NCBI RefSeq assembly: GCF_963506605.1
Contig: NC_083290.1
Span: 682,001 to 746,000, forward strand
Source: Zootoca vivipara
Taxonomy: Eukaryota
DNA length: 64,000 bases
Direction of reading: 5' to 3'
Below are positions 59,201 to 64,000 of this stretch, in pieces. The notes under the pieces were generated by a model, which made no database searches, was not told the DNA's origin, and saw nothing but the letters and a program-made list of their open reading frames with translations. Position numbers and translations under genes: made by a program. Positions within the stretch are counted from its first letter, which is position 1. Each line of letters starts with the position of its first letter.

Positions 59201-61584
59201 GACGTTGGACAGCAGGCCGACTTCGGCCACCCAGCCGTCCTCGAGGCAGGTCTGCAGCAGGCGCAGCCCCAACAAGCTGGCAAGGTAGGCCAGGTAGTGA
59301 GCGGCCGAGCCGTAGCCGATCAGCTCCGAGCCCCAGCAGAGCGGGGTGCTCAGCTCGTACAGCACCAGCAGGTCCGAGGCCCCAAAATGCACGGTGACCA
59401 CCAGGAAGAAGGCGAGGGAGTACAGGAGCAGCTTGTGCCACTCCCAGCCCCGGGCGCCAGGCACATAGAGGCGGAGGACGGAGGCGTAATGTTGGAGGGT
59501 GAAGAGCCCCGCGGGCCGTCCGGGCTGCTCCACCGATTCCCGCAGGCAGACGGCGGCATAGAGAGCGGCGGCGAGGCTAGCCGAGAGGGCCAGCCAGAAG
59601 GGAGCCACGTAGCCTTGGGCATGGCGCCACTGCCCGCCCACGATGCTGGCTCCCATTCCCGCCAGGCCCAGGCAGGCCTCCAGGATGGCCACGCGGAAAG
59701 TGCGCCCTCGCCGGTCGCTGACATCGGCCGCGTAGGCGAAGGAGGCAGCCAGGATGAGGTTGTAGTCGCCCGAGAGGCCGGCCAGGATGCGGCCCAGCAG
59801 GAGCCAGGCCACGGGGAGCCGGAGGGACATCACGGCCAGGAAGATGGCCGCCTGCAGAGCCATGCCCAGCGAGGGGAGGACGAGGGCCGGGCGGCGCCCT
59901 CTGGAGTCGCTCCAGGGGCCGAGCAGCGTGACGGAGAAGAGGCCCACCAGGAAGCCGGACAGGTTGAGGTAGAGGTTCCAGTGGGCCACCAGGGTCTCCA
60001 GTTCCTGAGAGAGAAAGAGGGGGGGGAGGCAGAGGGCTGTGAGGCAGGAGGAGGGCTGGACTACTGCAAGGCGCTCTTCACAGGGCTGCCCTTGGGCTTG
60101 GCTTGGAAGCTACAGCTGGCCGCGGCCAGATTGCTGGCAGGAGGGCAAGAACAAGGGTTGCCCTTGTGAAGGAGCTGCGCCGGCTGCCCACCTGTATTCG
60201 AGGGTCTTGCGTTAATCAACAAGGCCCCGAGCTACTTGGGTCTACAATTCCTAAGGGATCGCCTGAACCCTTCTATCCCAGCTCGCTCACTGAGATCACC
60301 CGTGGTGCGGCTCACTTGACAACAATGAGAAACCAAGCCTCTCAGGTCATGGACCCGGTCCTGTGGAACTCCCTGGCACTGGAGATGCAGCGGGCACCTA
60401 CTAAAAACTTTTCTATTCTGCCTGGTCTAGGCAGGCCACGAAGAACACAAGGGTTGGCTGGTGTTTGCTTTTAATTCTTTGTTTGCTTTTAACTCGGTTT
60501 CAAATTTTTATGATTTTATTGAACGGTTTTATGCTTTTACATTGTTGTAAACCGCTGTGATATGTTTTTATGGTACCGCAGTATATACCGTACATATCTA
60601 TTATAAATAAATAACTTGGAGCTGGGAATGTCCCCTGCCTGAAACCCCGCAGAGCTGCTGCCAGTCAGTGTAGGCAATACTGAGCTGGGAGTCCAGAGGG
60701 TCTGACTTGGTATATATGTCTGCTATCTCTTAGGGACACCATCAAGGCCGATGCTGTGGTGTTGTTGTTGTTGTCTGTTGTTTTTAAAATTTGTCTACTG
60801 CCCCTCATTCATAGATCTCAGGTCGCTTCACAGCATTAAAATCCAAGATAAAAAACACAAAGTACATATTAAAGCAAGAACGAAAAAAGCCACAAACCAA
60901 TAACCCTGTGCTATCTTTTATACCCACAAACATTCTTCTTCGTTTTCTTTTAAAAACGGTATGTGGTTTCAATTCCATTCATATTTAAAAACTTTCCTAT
61001 GTTTCCAGCTTTCCCCTACTTTATCGGTGTTTCTGCTTTGGTTTTTATCGGTAAGCCACCTCCAGTCCCAATCTGGGGCAAAAGGTGGGAGATAAATAAA
61101 CGCAGCAACAACTACAACAGCCCCCCCCCCAGCCTGAAACCCAGAGGAGAACGGCTGCCAGTCTGTGCCTGCAGTCCAGATCCTGATGGAGCAAGAACGT
61201 GACTGGCTCTAAGACACCTTCCCGGGCTGCCTGGTCAGGTGAGCTTCCCCGTTCAGGCGCAGTCTACCCCAGCCAAGCCCCGTTGCCGCGACGCACCTCC
61301 TCCTGCTTGGCGGAGCCGCTCCCGTTGGCGCATCCTCCTCCTCCTCCCTGCCGGGCGGCGCTGCTGCCGTTCCCGGAGCCGAGGCGCTCCCACAGGTACT
61401 GGGTGCAGAGGGGGCCCTGCAAGCCCATGGCCAGCGTGGCCAGCAGCAGCACCGGCTCCACGGCCCGCGGGCGCGCGCACCCGGCCCGGCGCGCCCGATC
61501 CTCCGTCTCCGTCTCCGCCTCCGCCTGGTCCCCGGGCTGCCCCGCCGGGGGTCCCGCCGGGGGTCCCGCCGCCTGCTCGGCCAT
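56238..61584 (-). CDS. SLC46A1: Proton-coupled folate transporter PCFT, ~488 aa. Exons 61584-61297, 60004-59149, 58167-58084, 57426-57270, 56319-56238. An alternative in-frame ATG lies at 61668.
   Basis: Motifs [36 protein letters not shown] (MFS motif A), [25 protein letters not shown] and FNSLYPASL. Five-exon structure, 1467 nt in frame, tail-to-tail with SARM1. Confidence 0.97.
56400..57060 (+). mobile_element. Old CR1 3' fragment
   Basis: Degenerate HLEYCVQF...RLGLFSL peptide and CR1 3' UTR. Confidence 0.65.
60050..60612 (+). mobile_element. Old L2 fragment
   Basis: Encodes [12 protein letters not shown]...AAARLL; AATAAAT tail. Confidence 0.6.
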
Positions 61585-61830
61585 GGCGGCGGCGGCGGTA
61601 GCAGCGACCAAGGGGCGGAGCGGCCACCAGCTCCGCCCGGCCCGACGCGGCGGGGATGGGCGGGCCATGGCCGGGTCGGCAGCCGGGAGGAGAGAAGGAA
61701 GGAGGCGGCCGCCGGGGCGCGGAGGGAGGAAGGAAGGAGAGAGAAGCGCCGCGCGCGGCTCTCGCGGACCTGCCGTGACGTCACGGCAAGACGGCGGCGT
61801 GCAGAGAGCCATTGCAGCCTGGGAAACTGG
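61280..61830 (-). promoter_or_regulatory. SLC46A1 CpG island/promoter with a full CRE
   Basis: Very CpG-rich. TGACGTCA (61776-61783) sits inside the 18-bp palindrome 61771-61788. Confidence 0.7.
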
Positions 61831-61898
61831 GAAGAATCTTGCCCGCGTGCTTGGCTTCCTCTCTCCTCGATTAATAGGGACTACTAGGCATAGCTGCC

Positions 61899-62973
61899 CT
61901 GTTGTCTTTGTCCATGGAGTTTTCTTGGCAGGGTTACTGGAGTGGCTTGCCAGTTCCTTCTCCAGGTGGATCACGTTTAGTCAAAACTCTCCACTATGAC
62001 CTGTCCATCTTGGGTGGCCCTGCATGGCATAGCTCATAGCTTCTCTGAGTTATTCAAGCCCCTTCGCCACGACAAGGCATTGATCCCTGCTTATTTAACT
62101 TATATGCAGAATTCATCATGCGAAAGGCTGGACTAGATGATTCCCAAGCCAGAATTAAGATTGCCGGAAGAAATATCAACAACCTCAGATATGCAGATGA
62201 CACAACCTTGATGGCAGAAAGTGAGGAGGAATTAAAGAACCTTTTAATGAGGGTGAAAGAGGAGAGCGCAAAATATGGTCTGATGCTCAACATAAAAAAA
62301 ACCAAGATCATGGCCACTGGTCCCATCACCTCCTGGCAAATAGAAGGGGAAGAAATGGAGGCAGTGAGAGATTTCACCTTCTTGGGCTCCTTGATCACTG
62401 CAGATGGTGACAGCAGTTCGAAATTAAAAGACGCCTGCTTCTTGGGAGAAAAGCAATGACAAACCTAGACAGCATCTTAAAAAGCAGAGACATCACCTTG
62501 CCGACAAAGGTCTGTATAGTTAAAGCTATGGTTTTCCCAGTAGTGATGTATGGAAGTGAGAGCTGGACCATAAAGAAGGCTGATCGCCGAAGAATGGATG
62601 CTTTTGAATTATGGTGCTGGAGGAGACTCTTGAGAGTCCCATGGACTGCAAGACGATCAAACCTATCAATTCTGAAGGAAATCAGCCCTGAGTGCTCCCT
62701 GGAAGGACAGATCGTGAAGCTGAGGCTCCAATACTTTGGCCACCTCATGAGAAGAGAAGAATCTTTGGAAAAGACCCTGATGTTGGGAAAGATTGAGGGC
62801 ACTAGGAGAAGGGGACGACAGAGGACAAGATGGTTGGACAGTGTTCTCGAAGCTACGAACATGAGTTTGACCAAACTGCGGGAGGCAGTGCAAGACAGGA
62901 GTGTCTGGCGTGCTATGGTCCATGGGGTCACGAAGAGTCGGACACGACTAAACGACTAAACAACAACAACAAC
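61899..62973 (+). mobile_element. RTE-BovB insertion: inverted 5' segment (~61899-62085) plus sense 3' segment (~62085-62973)
   Basis: 13-bp TSD AGGCATAGCTGCC (61886-61898 / 62974-62986), LRYADD RT peptide and (CAA)n tail. Confidence 0.88.
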
Positions 62974-62976
62974 AGG

Positions 62977-63066
62977 CATAGCTGCCAAGTTATCCCTTTT
63001 TTAAAGGGATTTTCCCTTATGCTGAATAGGCTTCCTCGCGAGAAAAGGGAAAACTTGGCAGCTATG
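62977..63066. mobile_element. Small hAT-type MITE whose left TIR was hit by BovB
   Basis: CATAGCTGCCAAGTT...AACTTGGCAGCTATG with TSD CTACTAGG (61881-61888) / CTTCTAGG (63067-63074). Confidence 0.7.
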
Positions 63067-63304
63067 CTTCTAGGCACTTGGCTGCGTTGCTTTCCTTCGA
63101 AAGAATGAAAGCTGGATCTTTCATGGAGACGGGCAAACATACCCTCCTCTGGATCAGGCCCTAGGGGCCCTTCTAGTGCAGCCTTCTGTTCTCACAGTGG
63201 CCAAGGGGAAACTCTGTGAGCAGGATCCGAGCGCAAGAGCCCTCTCTTCCGATGCGCCTTACAAATAATGGCCAATAGCCCTTGAATGGCAAGATCAACA
63301 TCCC

Positions 63305-63380
63305 AAAATGGTTTTCGACCACAGTGATTTTCACCGCTCGACAACTTCAAGAAAAATGCAGAGAGCAAAACCAACCCCTT
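63305..63380 (+). mobile_element. RTE RT-domain fragment
   Basis: Encodes IFTARQLQEKCREQNQPL. Confidence 0.6.
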
Positions 63381-63789
63381 GATAGGGGAAAAATCCTGGG
63401 GTGCAGATTTACTCCCCTGCCCAGCTCGTCGGGGTGCAACTTCCCTCGGATCTCTCTGGGTCAGCAAAAGGAGGAGTCTGTCTCCAGCCAAGCTAAAGAA
63501 GCAAATACTGTACAGTACTACTACTGAAGGAATTGTTTTATTTTACTGTAGTGGTCAGTAGATCTGATTTTTATTTGTTTCAACAAGGTTCGAACACACA
63601 AACAGTAGGAACCCCTGAGCATGGGCTTGCGTGAACTTCTTAAGACCTCTCCCCATTTCCCATAATACATTACATTTTTCAACAGCATCATCGATACATC
63701 ACAAATATGTCACAAAGTGGGAGTGTTTGGCATGTAGAAACATGAGCCCTGTCAATCACCCCAGTTCTTCCCAACACCTTTGGGAAGAT

Positions 63790-64000
63790 GTAAAGTACTA
63801 CACTTCGGCAAAAAAAAATGAAAGGCACAAATACAGGATGGGAGACACCTGGCTTGAGAGCAGTACATGTGAAAAGGATCTAGGAGTCTTGGTAGACCAC
63901 AAACTTGACACGAGTCAACAGTGTGATGCAGCAGCTTAAAAAGCCAATGCAATTCTGGGCTGCATCAATAGGAGTATAGCATCTAGATCAAGGGAAGTAA
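63790..64000 (+). mobile_element. CR1 LINE fragment running off the window
   Basis: Encodes [25 protein letters not shown]. Confidence 0.9.

Noticed and set aside
58976-60169. 397-aa ORF on the + strand
   Set aside because: Antisense shadow of the GC3-rich SLC46A1 exon 2, with no recognisable domain.
61669-61974. Even longer SLC46A1 N-terminal ORF
   Set aside because: It extends through the CRE promoter region into a BovB insertion, so it is unlikely to be in the mRNA.

Overview
Vertebrate nuclear DNA, most likely from a lacertid lizard (Podarcis-type Sauria SINEs, squamate BovB, CR1, L2). It holds the conserved syntenic block POLDIP2(-, partial) / TMEM199(+) / SEBOX(-) / VTN(-) / SARM1(+) / SLC46A1(-). 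I built all exon chains by hand. Every intron is GT-AG with compatible phases and all reading frames are open. Introns and intergenic DNA are dense in transposons: CR1, L2, RTE-BovB and other RTE LINEs, SINEs, hAT and Tc1/mariner MITEs with readable target-site duplications (TSDs), a solo LTR and Penelope-like fragments. There is one assembly gap (53591-53818). The most unusual signal is a pair of minimal type-I hammerhead ribozyme motifs in Penelope-like insertions. One is in TMEM199 intron 5. The other is in VTN intron 5, inside a perfect 42-bp inverted repeat and a four-tier transposon nest. Both intact cores are antisense to their host genes. Other leads are a possible Arg-rich N-terminal extension of SLC46A1, loss of the SARM1 C311-equivalent cysteine, SARM1 uORFs, a 5'-inverted BovB insertion and a duplicated SINE+CR1 composite. 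I see no evidence of a wholly new protein-coding system. Most ORF-track entries are shadow ORFs or transposon fragments.
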